A stretch of 64,000 bases of DNA from positions 32,001 through 96,000 of the forward strand of contig CAVSQB010000009.1 of NCBI GenBank assembly GCA_963729895.1, in the 5' to 3' direction. Made by a program: the position numbers and the translations under genes. Of the stretch, positions 35,252 through 44,470 are shown one piece after another. The notes beneath the pieces were generated by a model, which saw only the letters and a list, made by a program, of their open reading frames with translations, had not been told where the DNA came from and did not search any database. Within the stretch, counting starts at the first letter, position 1, and every line of letters begins with the position of its first letter. The stretch comes from an uncultured Fibrobacterota bacterium. GTDB lineage: Bacteria; Fibrobacterota; Chitinivibrionia; Chitinivibrionales; FEN-1185.

Positions 35252-35794
35252 TCATTTCATTTGCATTTCATCCATCGAAGTGGCCGGGGTTTCGGACAGC
35301 TTGATTTTGAAATCGATCTTTTTGCCGTTCACGGCAACTGCCACCGCATAAGAACCAGGGGCCATTGAAACATTATTTCCATAATGAGTCGACTGTTCAC
35401 CCTTTCCAATGGCCTGCATCACAACGATCGGAACTTCTTTCGGTACCCCGGACGGATTTCCCTTTTCATCGAGAGGCCGGAAACTCATCTTCACTTTGGC
35501 GTTGGCAATCACGTTTCCAGTCTTTGCATTGAAAACATGAATGACCAGATGATGGTTCGGATGGGTGGCCGCATCGGGCATCACCGGTTTAGCTCCCGCC
35601 ACGATCATCATGCCTTCGGCTGCCTTGCCGGCCGAAACCTCTTGCTTTGTAAAGAACGGCTCCGCAGCCAGCACGTGCAATTCAATGCGCTCGCCGTTGA
35701 GGGTTGTGTCGATCTCAACATGACCGGCCTGCACGAGGCCGTGAGCAAGAAAAAGAGCAAAGACAAACCGGACAAAAATTGAGTACTCTCGCAT
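35252..35794 (-). CDS. Periplasmic P19/FetP-like metal-binding (iron transporter family) protein
   Basis: Signal peptide (VQA), HHLVIH, VVM...HYGNNV motif, Met-rich tail; GGGAGG RBS. Confidence 0.65.
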   Translation of the reverse strand: MREYSIFVRFVFALFLAHGLVQAGHVEIDTTLNGERIELHVLAAEPFFTKQEVSAGKAAEGMMIVAGAKPVMPDAATHPNHHLVIHVFNAKTGNVIANAKVKMSFRPLDEKGNPSGVPKEVPIVVMQAIGKGEQSTHYGNNVSMAPGSYAVAVAVNGKKIDFKIKLSETPATSMDEMQMK

Positions 35795-35959
35795 GTAAAA
35801 CCTCCCTGTGGTTGAAAAGACGTTGCACGCTTGCCCTTTTGACCGGTGCGCGGGAATGCGCACGACCCAGGCTTATCGGCACCGCCCAAAGAATATAGCC
35901 TGCGAAATTGACATTGCCAACGGTTTTAGAAAATAGGTTTTCACCGCAGCTAAAGTTCC

Positions 35960-35976
35960 AGCAATTGCTATTCCAA
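35960..35976 (-). promoter_or_regulatory. Possible sigma54 promoter TTGGAATAGCAATTGCT
   Basis: GG-N10-GC spacing with TTGC; -24 box deviates from TGGCAC. Confidence 0.35.
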
Positions 35977-36229
35977 AAGAAACAAGCCGCCCTGCTCGTT
36001 CCGCTTCATCGGTTTGCCGCCCGGCGGCAAAGGCAAAGCAGGTAAAAAAAGGGCTTGCAGGCGCACATCATTGAAACATTTTGGATGCAAATCTCATCTA
36101 ACTATATGGATCGAGAAAGCAAGAGAACAAGTTCAAGAAACGAGTTTAGTACATTATAGAGTCTGGAAACACAGGCAATTACCACTCGACGCATCATTTG
36201 GTTTGAAGCGACTTACGCAAAGGTGAAGT

Positions 36230-37120
36230 ATGCAAATTTCCATTCAGTCCCTTGGAAAGACCTATAAAAATGGGAAAACCGCGCTTAAGAACGTCAATCT
36301 TGAAATTTCCAACGGCATGTTCGGCCTGCTCGGACCCAATGGCGCGGGCAAAACCACGCTTATTCGCATTCTCGTTACACTTATGGAACCGACCTCTGGA
36401 AGGGTCATGGTGAATGGCGTTGATTTACAAAAGGAGCGAAAAAACATACGCGCCGTTCTTGGGTACCTGCCTCAGGATTTCAAATTTTTCTCAAGGTTAA
36501 AGACGTGGGAGTTTCTGGATTATATTGCGTTGCTCGCCGGCCTAAAGAATCGTGCCGAACGAAGGAATGCCATCGACCGTATGTTGACCCAGGTCGGACT
36601 TTTTGACGCGCGCGACCGCATGGCCAACCGCCTCTCCGGGGGAATGAAACGCCGTTTGGGCATTGCTCAGGCGCTTATCGGCAATCCTCAGATTGTAGTT
36701 ATAGACGAACCCACCACCGGCCTTGATCCCGAGGAACGAATCCGCTTCCGAAACCTGATCAGCGCATTGAGCCGGCAGGATATTATCATTATTTTCTCCA
36801 CGCATATCGTCGGGGATATCTCGAGCACCTGCAGAAATCTGGCGCTCTTGTGGAACGGTGAAGTGGCCTATTGCGGTACGCCCGATGAACTGCTGCGCCG
36901 GGTGCAAGGTCGTGTCTGGCGCGTTGCTGTCGGCAACGAGGAACTCGATGCTCTTAAGCAGCGCCACACGGTAGTGACCACCATTCCCGCTGTGGACGGA
37001 TGGAAGGTTGAAATCGTGGCCGAACGGCTGGACGGCTTTACGGGTGAAACCGTTCAACCGGACCTGGAGCACGCCTACGTGTACTTCATGGAGAAACAAA
37101 AAACAGGAGGCAATCAATAA
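36230..37120 (+). CDS. ABC transporter ATP-binding protein (ABC-2 exporter type)
   Basis: GPNGAGKT, YLPQ, LSGGM, VVIDEPT, STH. Confidence 0.95.
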   Translation: MQISIQSLGKTYKNGKTALKNVNLEISNGMFGLLGPNGAGKTTLIRILVTLMEPTSGRVMVNGVDLQKERKNIRAVLGYLPQDFKFFSRLKTWEFLDYIALLAGLKNRAERRNAIDRMLTQVGLFDARDRMANRLSGGMKRRLGIAQALIGNPQIVVIDEPTTGLDPEERIRFRNLISALSRQDIIIIFSTHIVGDISSTCRNLALLWNGEVAYCGTPDELLRRVQGRVWRVAVGNEELDALKQRHTVVTTIPAVDGWKVEIVAERLDGFTGETVQPDLEHAYVYFMEKQKTGGNQ

Positions 37121-37122
37121 GC

Positions 37123-40100
37123 ATGGATTCCATGCGGACCATTGCCATCGTTGCTTTGTACGAGGCTCGCACACTCTGGCGGAGCTGGTTTTTCAGAATT
37201 TTCGCGGGCGCAATCGTACTGCTTCTGCTCGGATTGAACAGCTTGATATTCAGTGTCGGTCAATTTTCAACATGGGTCTTTCGCGCCGTACCGGCAAACG
37301 TTCCTTATGTAAACATGCTGCTTCTCAACCTGATTCAATCGATTGTGGCCGTCATTTTGGCAACCGACTTCATGAAGCGCGACCGCTCCATGGATACCAC
37401 GGATGTGGTGTACATCCGGTCCATGACCAACACGTCGTACGTGCTGGGAAAAGCATGCGGTAATCTGCTGGTTTTTTTCTGCCTCGACGCTGTAGCGCTT
37501 GCGTGCGCCGCGCTTTTTACCTTGTTCTCGGGCGGCGCGGCGCCGGAGCCTGCCGTGTACGTTTATTACGCATGTCTCATCAGCCTGCCGAGTCTCGTGT
37601 TCTGCATCGGGCTGACATTCTTTCTTATGTCGATTATCCGGAGCCAGCCCTTGACGCTGGTCGGAATGCTCGGCCTTCTGGGGCTGGCCTTCTTCTTTCT
37701 GCCCGACCGTCTGTATTCGCTCTTCGATTTCGCGGCACTGCGGACGCCGCTCATGTATTCCGACAGTGTCGGTTTCGGTTCGGTACCCGGGATCGCGGCC
37801 CTTCGCGCGGCGTATCTGCTGGTCGGAGGTGCCTGTGTGCTTATCGCGGCGCTGCGGTTACAACGCCTTCGGCAATCCGCTTTCGCTTCGGGAGCAACGC
37901 TTGCCGGCGCGATACTCCTCAGCGGCGCCGCGGCAGGCGCCGGAGCGTTCTATGTGCATAGCAACCTGCGTAATGACATAACGCGCGCGCAGATGATCGA
38001 GCAACATAACCGTCAGTTCGAGGCCCCTTGCATTTCCGTGGTCCGCGAGGCGCTCGGCATTTCGCATGCGGGATCTGCGATACGGGCAACGGCTCAAGTA
38101 ACGGTGTGCAATCAAAGCGGCAGGACGATCGACGAATACCAGTTCCGGCTTAATCCCGGACTTGCAATTCGGGAAATACGCGGCAGCCATCACGTGAGCT
38201 TTCGACGCGCGCTCGATTATGTGTTTGTAAAACCCGCGACTCCCCTCCCCGCCCTGGCGCTCGACACCATCGTTTTCGTCTATGCCGGAACGATCGACGA
38301 ATCGGTTTGTTATCTCGACGTCCAGCCCGAGGAACTCGCACGAGCCGGCACCGTGTTCTTTTTCCAAAAACAAACAAGATATGCTTTTATCAACAAACGA
38401 TTCGTTCTGCTTACCCCCGAATCGCAATTTTATCCCCAGGCGGGGGCGGGCTACAGCTCCGAACATCCCGAAGTGAATTATACGGCGCCCGCCGAATTTA
38501 GCATCTCGGTTACCGCCGACCCGGCTCTGACAGTCATTAGTCAAGGGGTAGCCGTGCGCACGGCGGGCGGCGTCACCGTTTTCTGCCCGCCAAAACCGAT
38601 GCCGGGAGTGTCGGTGATCATAGGGGTATACACAAAGCGCTCGCTGGCGGTGGATTCGGTGGAATACAGCCTGCTGACGTTTGCTCACCACGACTATTTC
38701 AAACGCTATTTCAAGGATCTTCAGACCGATACGCTTGTCTCGTTGATTCGGGGATTAAAGGGGGATTTCGAGAACCGTCTCAAGTTCACGTATCCGTATT
38801 CCCGGTTCACCATGGTCGAAGTTCCCCTGCAATTCACCGAATTTGGCCGGGTATGGACCGCCGGGCATGAAGCGATGCAGCCGGAAATCGCCTTGCTTCC
38901 TGAGAATGGATTCTCGCTCGGCGATGCGGATTTCCGTTCAATGCAACGGGGCGGCTTCACTCCCCGCGGACGCGACCAGGAAGTACTGACTCCGCAGGAG
39001 CAGCAAGGCATGATGTTTCAGCGGTTTGTCGCCTCCACCTTCCTGCGCGACAATGCCGGCCGCCGGCTGATGTTGCGGCCCGCCGATCGCTCCGCCGCGG
39101 CAGCCCAGATGCTGCAATGGATGCCGCCGGTGAGCGCTGCGAACGCCAACCTGTTTGTCTTTCCGGAATACTTTTCTTATGTGGTGCACCTGCATTCGCC
39201 ATCATGTCCGGTTTTCTCGCTGGCGCTTGAATCGTACTATAAAAAACGGGCAAGCGGCGACGCTCCGCCGATGATGCGCATGTTCATGGGAGGCGCAACC
39301 ACCGATGAGAAGGTGAACGGGGCTTTGGAAAACAGCGGCTTCGATCAGATTTGCAAAGACCCCCAAAACCGTTTGCTCGTCCCGGATGTCGTCCAGGCGC
39401 TTGGAGATTACCTCTTTACGGTATTGCAAAAAAATATCGGCGATCAGGCTTTCGACGATTTCATGCTTGCGCTTGTGCGGCAGAACAGGTTCGGCACCCT
39501 TGACCTTGACGTATTCTGCGCCACGATACAACAACGCTTCAATTTTGATTTTCATCCCACCCTCCAATCCTGTTACCGGAAACATCCGTTGCCGGGGTAT
39601 TTGCTTGACAATATAGAGGCCAGCGGGGTGCGTGACAAGACGGCCGACCGGTTTCTCCTGCGCTTTGAGATAGCAAATCCGGAATCCGCGCAAGGGTTTG
39701 TCAAGGTGAGCGTTCGAACGGGAACGCTGGGAAGCGGAAGATTTGGGGGGGGCGGCGGGTTTGCAGGTGGTAATCGCGGCGGGACCTTCGGCGGCGCAAC
39801 CGTCGACCGGATCATTTCGCTCGATCCGCGCCAATGTAAAGAAATCGACATGATGATGGATCAGCCGCCGCGAATGCTCTCCATCAACACGCTCATATCG
39901 AAAAATATTCCCGCCACCCTCGTGCATCCCTTCGATAAGGTCGAATTCAACCCGGACCGGGCGCCGTTTGACGGGGAAAAGGTGATACGCGGGATTACTG
40001 CGCCCGAACCGGGTACCGTCATCGTCGACGATGGGGACAGCGGTTTTTCGATAGAAGCCAAACCTTCGACCGGCGTGATGAACTGGTTCAAAAGTTCTTC

Positions 40101-40545
40101 GGCCCAACCGCAGGATCGTTACGCCAGCGTGCGTCTCTTTGATCCGCCGGCCGAATGGACCGAAGCCGCGGGTCCGCAATATTACGGAAAGTATGTTCAC
40201 TCCATCCATTATATAAAAGCCGGTGACGGCAGCAAACGAATTGCTTGGAACGCGTCGATCAAAGAGAGCGGCACCTACGAAATTTATGCCTACTACGGCA
40301 CCATGGGGTTTCAGCGCGGAAACGGCCGCCGCCAGAACCGGGAGGCTTTGCATGGGGCATTCCATTATATTGTGCATCACGACGACGGCGTGGAGAATGC
40401 CGCACTTGACTTGAAAGATATCCAGAACGGCTGGAATTCCCTCGGCCGATATCATCTTTCTCCGGGAATGGCCCAGGTGGAGCTCACGGACCAGGGAAGC
40501 CAGGGTATCGTTGCCGGTGATGCAATCAAGTGGGTAAAACAGTGA
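37123..40545 (+). CDS. Large membrane protein: ABC-2 permease N-terminus, M1-aminopeptidase-like extracytoplasmic region without HEXXH, C-terminal golvesin/xanthan-lyase CBM-like domain
   Basis: IALYEARTLWRS plus about 7 TM helices; YPYSRFTMVEVP; GTYEIYAY...GWNSLGRY...VAGDAIKWVK. Confidence 0.7.
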   Translation: MDSMRTIAIVALYEARTLWRSWFFRIFAGAIVLLLLGLNSLIFSVGQFSTWVFRAVPANVPYVNMLLLNLIQSIVAVILATDFMKRDRSMDTTDVVYIRSMTNTSYVLGKACGNLLVFFCLDAVALACAALFTLFSGGAAPEPAVYVYYACLISLPSLVFCIGLTFFLMSIIRSQPLTLVGMLGLLGLAFFFLPDRLYSLFDFAALRTPLMYSDSVGFGSVPGIAALRAAYLLVGGACVLIAALRLQRLRQSAFASGATLAGAILLSGAAAGAGAFYVHSNLRNDITRAQMIEQHNRQFEAPCISVVREALGISHAGSAIRATAQVTVCNQSGRTIDEYQFRLNPGLAIREIRGSHHVSFRRALDYVFVKPATPLPALALDTIVFVYAGTIDESVCYLDVQPEELARAGTVFFFQKQTRYAFINKRFVLLTPESQFYPQAGAGYSSEHPEVNYTAPAEFSISVTADPALTVISQGVAVRTAGGVTVFCPPKPMPGVSVIIGVYTKRSLAVDSVEYSLLTFAHHDYFKRYFKDLQTDTLVSLIRGLKGDFENRLKFTYPYSRFTMVEVPLQFTEFGRVWTAGHEAMQPEIALLPENGFSLGDADFRSMQRGGFTPRGRDQEVLTPQEQQGMMFQRFVASTFLRDNAGRRLMLRPADRSAAAAQMLQWMPPVSAANANLFVFPEYFSYVVHLHSPSCPVFSLALESYYKKRASGDAPPMMRMFMGGATTDEKVNGALENSGFDQICKDPQNRLLVPDVVQALGDYLFTVLQKNIGDQAFDDFMLALVRQNRFGTLDLDVFCATIQQRFNFDFHPTLQSCYRKHPLPGYLLDNIEASGVRDKTADRFLLRFEIANPESAQGFVKVSVRTGTLGSGRFGGGGGFAGGNRGGTFGGATVDRIISLDPRQCKEIDMMMDQPPRMLSINTLISKNIPATLVHPFDKVEFNPDRAPFDGEKVIRGITAPEPGTVIVDDGDSGFSIEAKPSTGVMNWFKSSSAQPQDRYASVRLFDPPAEWTEAAGPQYYGKYVHSIHYIKAGDGSKRIAWNASIKESGTYEIYAYYGTMGFQRGNGRRQNREALHGAFHYIVHHDDGVENAALDLKDIQNGWNSLGRYHLSPGMAQVELTDQGSQGIVAGDAIKWVKQ

Positions 40546-40614
40546 TGGGAGACCCTGTAATAATTCGGTTAATTTGTCAACGCAAGACATGATGAAAAGG
40601 CCATCCATTTCTTA

Positions 40615-41908
40615 GGGGACCTCTAAAAATTCTGTAAAATAGTAGATTCCAAGATCATGTTGACAGATAGTATTATTTCGCGATGTCAGGGCGTCTATTT
40701 GTCTGATAGGTGCCCAAAACTGTTCTTTTTTCGGTCCCTTTGGGGGCCTTGTGCGGTCCTGTCCCGCTTTTCAGGCGTGGCACTCAAGATATGCAAAGCG
40801 TTTTATGTTGTAAACCAGGTTCAGGAGTCCTATCTTCGCCGCGGCCCTCAGCCGCCCGATACACCTGATCCTGCCACGAAACATGATTTCTATTTGAGCA
40901 AACACATGTTCTATACGCGATCTGACTTTGGATTTCTTCCGGTTCTGTGCCAATTGTGCTTCCGTCAATGGTGCGCCACGAGTCCCTTTGACACATATTT
41001 TGCTTCTGTACCAGAGATAATCAAGCCTTTGTTCCGCCTTTTCCGAATGATACGCGCTGTCGGCAAACACGTCCGCGTTCGTGTTCTCAGGATTAAGGAG
41101 AGGTTCAAGCATATTGGAGTCGTGCACTTCTGCGGATGTCGCCGCATAGTCTCGAATGATTTTATGCTTCGCGTCTACCGACGCATGGTTCTTGTAGCCA
41201 AAAAACGTCTGATCGTTCTTCTTCGTCCATCGCGCATCAACATCTTTCTGACGAAGTTTCTCAGGGTGCTTTTCCCATTCCTGCGGCGTGCCCCCGTTCT
41301 TGATTTCTTTATTCTCCTCCCGCGTGTTTCTCTGGCGAGGTACCTCGACAAAACTCGCATCTATTATTTGGCCTTTCTGGGCAGTGTAACCCGCTTCGTT
41401 CAACTGACGACCGAACAGGTCAAACAGCTTCTTGACAACGCCTGCTTGTGTCAGCGTTTCCCGAAACAACCAGACCGTTTTCTCGTCGGGAATGCTATCC
41501 TCGGAAGTGAGTTCAAGAAACCGTTTGAACGTCAATCGGTCCAGAATCTGAAACTGGGTTTGCGCATCGGAAAGCCCATACATCGTCTGCAACACGAGAA
41601 TCTTGAACATCAGGATATAATCGTACGGTGGACGACCGGCGTTGCTCTTCCGTTCCTTGCGAAAAGCCTTGTCAATAACAGGACGAAAACTCTTCCAACG
41701 TATGGCCCGATTGATGGTTTCAAGAGGGTCTCCCATTTCGGAAAGCTCGGAAAGGCGATTCTCAAGGTCAAAAAGGCCTATCTGTCCCATCGCAATATCC
41801 TCCAGACGGTAGTGGGTTCGCAGGTTTGTTGTCTGGAATTAAAATAATTGACGAAATAGCCTTTGTCAAGCATTAATTGGGCAAATTAGGCAATTTTTAG
41901 AGGTCCCC
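40615..41908 (-). mobile_element. Complete IS5-family insertion sequence (1294 bp)
   Basis: 17-bp perfect IR GGGGACCTCTAAAAATT; 4-bp target duplication CTTA at 40611-40614 and 41909-41912. Confidence 0.93.
40771..41790 (-). CDS. IS5-family DDE transposase
   Basis: GRPPYD, DRLTFKRFL, IPDEKT, IIDAS, DVDARWTKK, GYKNH, ADSAY, RSRIEHVF. Confidence 0.95.
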   Translation of the reverse strand: MGQIGLFDLENRLSELSEMGDPLETINRAIRWKSFRPVIDKAFRKERKSNAGRPPYDYILMFKILVLQTMYGLSDAQTQFQILDRLTFKRFLELTSEDSIPDEKTVWLFRETLTQAGVVKKLFDLFGRQLNEAGYTAQKGQIIDASFVEVPRQRNTREENKEIKNGGTPQEWEKHPEKLRQKDVDARWTKKNDQTFFGYKNHASVDAKHKIIRDYAATSAEVHDSNMLEPLLNPENTNADVFADSAYHSEKAEQRLDYLWYRSKICVKGTRGAPLTEAQLAQNRKKSKVRSRIEHVFAQIEIMFRGRIRCIGRLRAAAKIGLLNLVYNIKRFAYLECHA

Positions 41909-41924
41909 CTTAGAGATTCCCATC

Positions 41925-43391
41925 ATGAAAAGATACGTTTTGATTTCAACGGTTTTTCTTGCCGCCTTCTGCTGCGGCGCTCAGGCAATCGACACATTGT
42001 CTTTTGACAAGGCCGTGTGGCTCGTTACCCGCCAGAGTCCGGAGATGGTGCAGGCGCGCATGACCCTGGCGCAAAGTCAGGCCGTGTACGACGCGGCGGT
42101 CGCAGCCCAGAAGCTCTCGGTTAACCTTTCCCTTTCTCCCATCAGTTATACCAACGATTTGCAATTGGGCCCCAATAATTCCTGGGACACGACCAGGAAC
42201 ATCAAATCGAGCGGCCAGCTCCAGCTTTCGCAGCCCGTGCTTCTTACCGGCGGCACCGTGGCGCTGGAGGGCGATATGGGCTGGAACGACCTGTACACCA
42301 GTTATTCCAGGGCCGGAGAGAACCGTTCGTTTGATTATCATACGGCAATCAGCTATTCGCAGCCGCTTCTTATCTATAACCAGCTCAAGATGAATTTGCG
42401 CCAGCAGGAGCTCACGCTCCAGAACAACCAGTTCACCTATGCGATGCAGGCGCTCGCCATTGAGGCGAGCATCGCCGCCGATTATTACGGCCTGTACCAG
42501 GACCAGATGAACTTTCAGATTGCACAGGAATCGTATCAGAGTGCACAGCAAAGTTACGAAATTACCGAGGTTGGCGTAGCCACCGGGAAACAGGCGAAAT
42601 CGGATCTTTACCAGGCATCGGTCACCATGACGCAGAATGAATCTGCCATGAAGAACCAGGAAATCACGTGGCAGAACGCGGCCGAGGCGCTTAAACAAAG
42701 GCTCGGCCTTCCGTTTGACACCGCAATAAGCCTGATGATCGACACAACCGCCTCCGCCATGACCATCGACCTGCAAAAGGCGGTGGCGAACGGCCTGCGC
42801 CAGCGCATGGAACTGCGCCAGGAAGCAATTACAATCGAGAATGCGCGGTTCGCCCTCACCCAGGCGCGAAGCAACGGCCTTTTCAACGGAAATCTCAATG
42901 TTTCCTACGGGCTTGTGGGCGCCAGCCCGGAGGTGAACACGCTTTTCAAGGAACCGGCAAAAAACATGAGCGCCGGACTGACGCTGCAGGTTCCTCTCTG
43001 GGATTTCGGAGCGAACCGTGCAACCGTCAGGGCGTCGACGATAGCGGTCAAACAGGACGAGCTCTTGCTTGACAATGAGAAAACAACCATAATTCTTTCG
43101 ATACGCAAGGAATACCGTTCGATCCAGAATCTTCTGGAGCAGATCGAGCTGGCCCGCCAGACCCTGAAGTCCGCCGTTCTGACCTACGACGTCAATCTCG
43201 AAAAATACAAACTCGGCGGATTGAGCGCGATGGACCTGAACCAATATCAGATCCAGCTTTCGCAGGCGAAAAGCGGTCTCGTGAGCGCCCTTGTCAATTA
43301 CCAGATCGAGCTTCTGAACATGAAGGTCCAAAGTCTGTGGGATTTCCGGACGAACCAACCGGTAATTCCGGAGTTAAAACCAAAGGAATGA
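41925..43391 (+). CDS. TolC-family outer membrane efflux protein
   Basis: Signal peptide, two OEP repeats (YSQPLL, LQVPLWDFG, YKLGGLSAMDL). Confidence 0.9.
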   Translation: MKRYVLISTVFLAAFCCGAQAIDTLSFDKAVWLVTRQSPEMVQARMTLAQSQAVYDAAVAAQKLSVNLSLSPISYTNDLQLGPNNSWDTTRNIKSSGQLQLSQPVLLTGGTVALEGDMGWNDLYTSYSRAGENRSFDYHTAISYSQPLLIYNQLKMNLRQQELTLQNNQFTYAMQALAIEASIAADYYGLYQDQMNFQIAQESYQSAQQSYEITEVGVATGKQAKSDLYQASVTMTQNESAMKNQEITWQNAAEALKQRLGLPFDTAISLMIDTTASAMTIDLQKAVANGLRQRMELRQEAITIENARFALTQARSNGLFNGNLNVSYGLVGASPEVNTLFKEPAKNMSAGLTLQVPLWDFGANRATVRASTIAVKQDELLLDNEKTTIILSIRKEYRSIQNLLEQIELARQTLKSAVLTYDVNLEKYKLGGLSAMDLNQYQIQLSQAKSGLVSALVNYQIELLNMKVQSLWDFRTNQPVIPELKPKE

Positions 43392-43395
43392 CCCT

Positions 43396-44457
43396 ATGCA
43401 CTATGTCCGATCCGCCGTTGCCGCTGCCGGTGCGGCGCTAGTGATTATTGCGTGCGGCACCCAGCAATCGCAGGACCAGAATACCGTCACCATTCCGGTA
43501 TCGGTTGCGGAAATAAAGCTGCGGCCCATTGCCGACCTTCTGCAGACGACCGGGACGGTCACTCCCGACAAAGACGTCTCCATTATCAACGAAATGGCCG
43601 CTTATTACAGTCTCCAGGTGAATCCCCGCACAAGCAAGCCGTTCGCTCTCGGCGATCAGGTGAAGAAAGACGAGGTAATCATCAAGCTGCACGATGTTGA
43701 CTACGAGAGCACCAACCGGGTGAATGCGCAAAAACTCACTTTGGATATCGCGAAGCAGAGTTTGGATCAGGAACGTTCCTTGTACCAGAAAGGCGGCGCT
43801 GCCACCACCGACCTTCAGAACGCCGAATTGGCTGTTTCGAATGACAAATTCAACTACGACGACGCCGTGGAAAAGGATTCAAAGCTCTGGATCAAACCGC
43901 CTTTTGCGGGAGTGATCGTCAACCTGCCGTATTACACGCAGAACACGCGCATAACGGCTACCGGCCAGCTTATGGTGGAGGTCATGAACTACGACCGGCT
44001 GAGTCTCCAGACCAAGCTGCCCGCAAACGACATGGCCCGCGTTCGTGTAGGGCAATCCGTGTTGATGACGAATTACACGGTGCCCAACGACACCGCCCAC
44101 GGTACAATAACCCAAGTGTCGCCCGCAGTCGATCCGACGTCCCGGACCTTTCAGGCTGTGTTCATCATCGACAACCCGGGCAGGAAATTCCGTCCCGGCA
44201 TGTTCGTCATGGCGGATGTCGTTGTGGCCCGTAAAGACAGCGCCGTGGTCGTTCCCAAGGAGATCATCCTGTCGGACCTGAAAGGCAAGAGTGTTTTCGT
44301 CGTCGACCGCGGCCGCGCTCAACTGCGCGCGATAAAGACCGGCATCGAGAGTGAAAATGAAATCGAGGTCGTGAGCGGTCTCAAGGCAGGAGAGCGTTTG
44401 GTGACAAAAGGATTTGAGACGCTTCAAGACGGCAGTCACGTGAAAATTCTTGACTAG
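43396..44457 (+). CDS. RND periplasmic adaptor (MFP) lipoprotein
   Basis: Lipobox IIAC, GDQVKKDE, PFAGVI, SPAVDPTSRTF, RPGMF, SGLKAGE. Confidence 0.92.
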   Translation: MHYVRSAVAAAGAALVIIACGTQQSQDQNTVTIPVSVAEIKLRPIADLLQTTGTVTPDKDVSIINEMAAYYSLQVNPRTSKPFALGDQVKKDEVIIKLHDVDYESTNRVNAQKLTLDIAKQSLDQERSLYQKGGAATTDLQNAELAVSNDKFNYDDAVEKDSKLWIKPPFAGVIVNLPYYTQNTRITATGQLMVEVMNYDRLSLQTKLPANDMARVRVGQSVLMTNYTVPNDTAHGTITQVSPAVDPTSRTFQAVFIIDNPGRKFRPGMFVMADVVVARKDSAVVVPKEIILSDLKGKSVFVVDRGRAQLRAIKTGIESENEIEVVSGLKAGERLVTKGFETLQDGSHVKILD

Positions 44458-44470
44458 GAAGAAATAGACC

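Noticed and set aside
36013..36031. Palindrome TTTGCCGCC-C-GGCGGCAAA as a terminator
   Set aside because: Lies between divergent genes with no gene ending there; function unsupported.
40657..41847. 396-aa ORF antisense to the first transposase, and 58823-60043 antisense to the second
   Set aside because: Antisense ORFs are common in IS5 elements; no recognisable domains.
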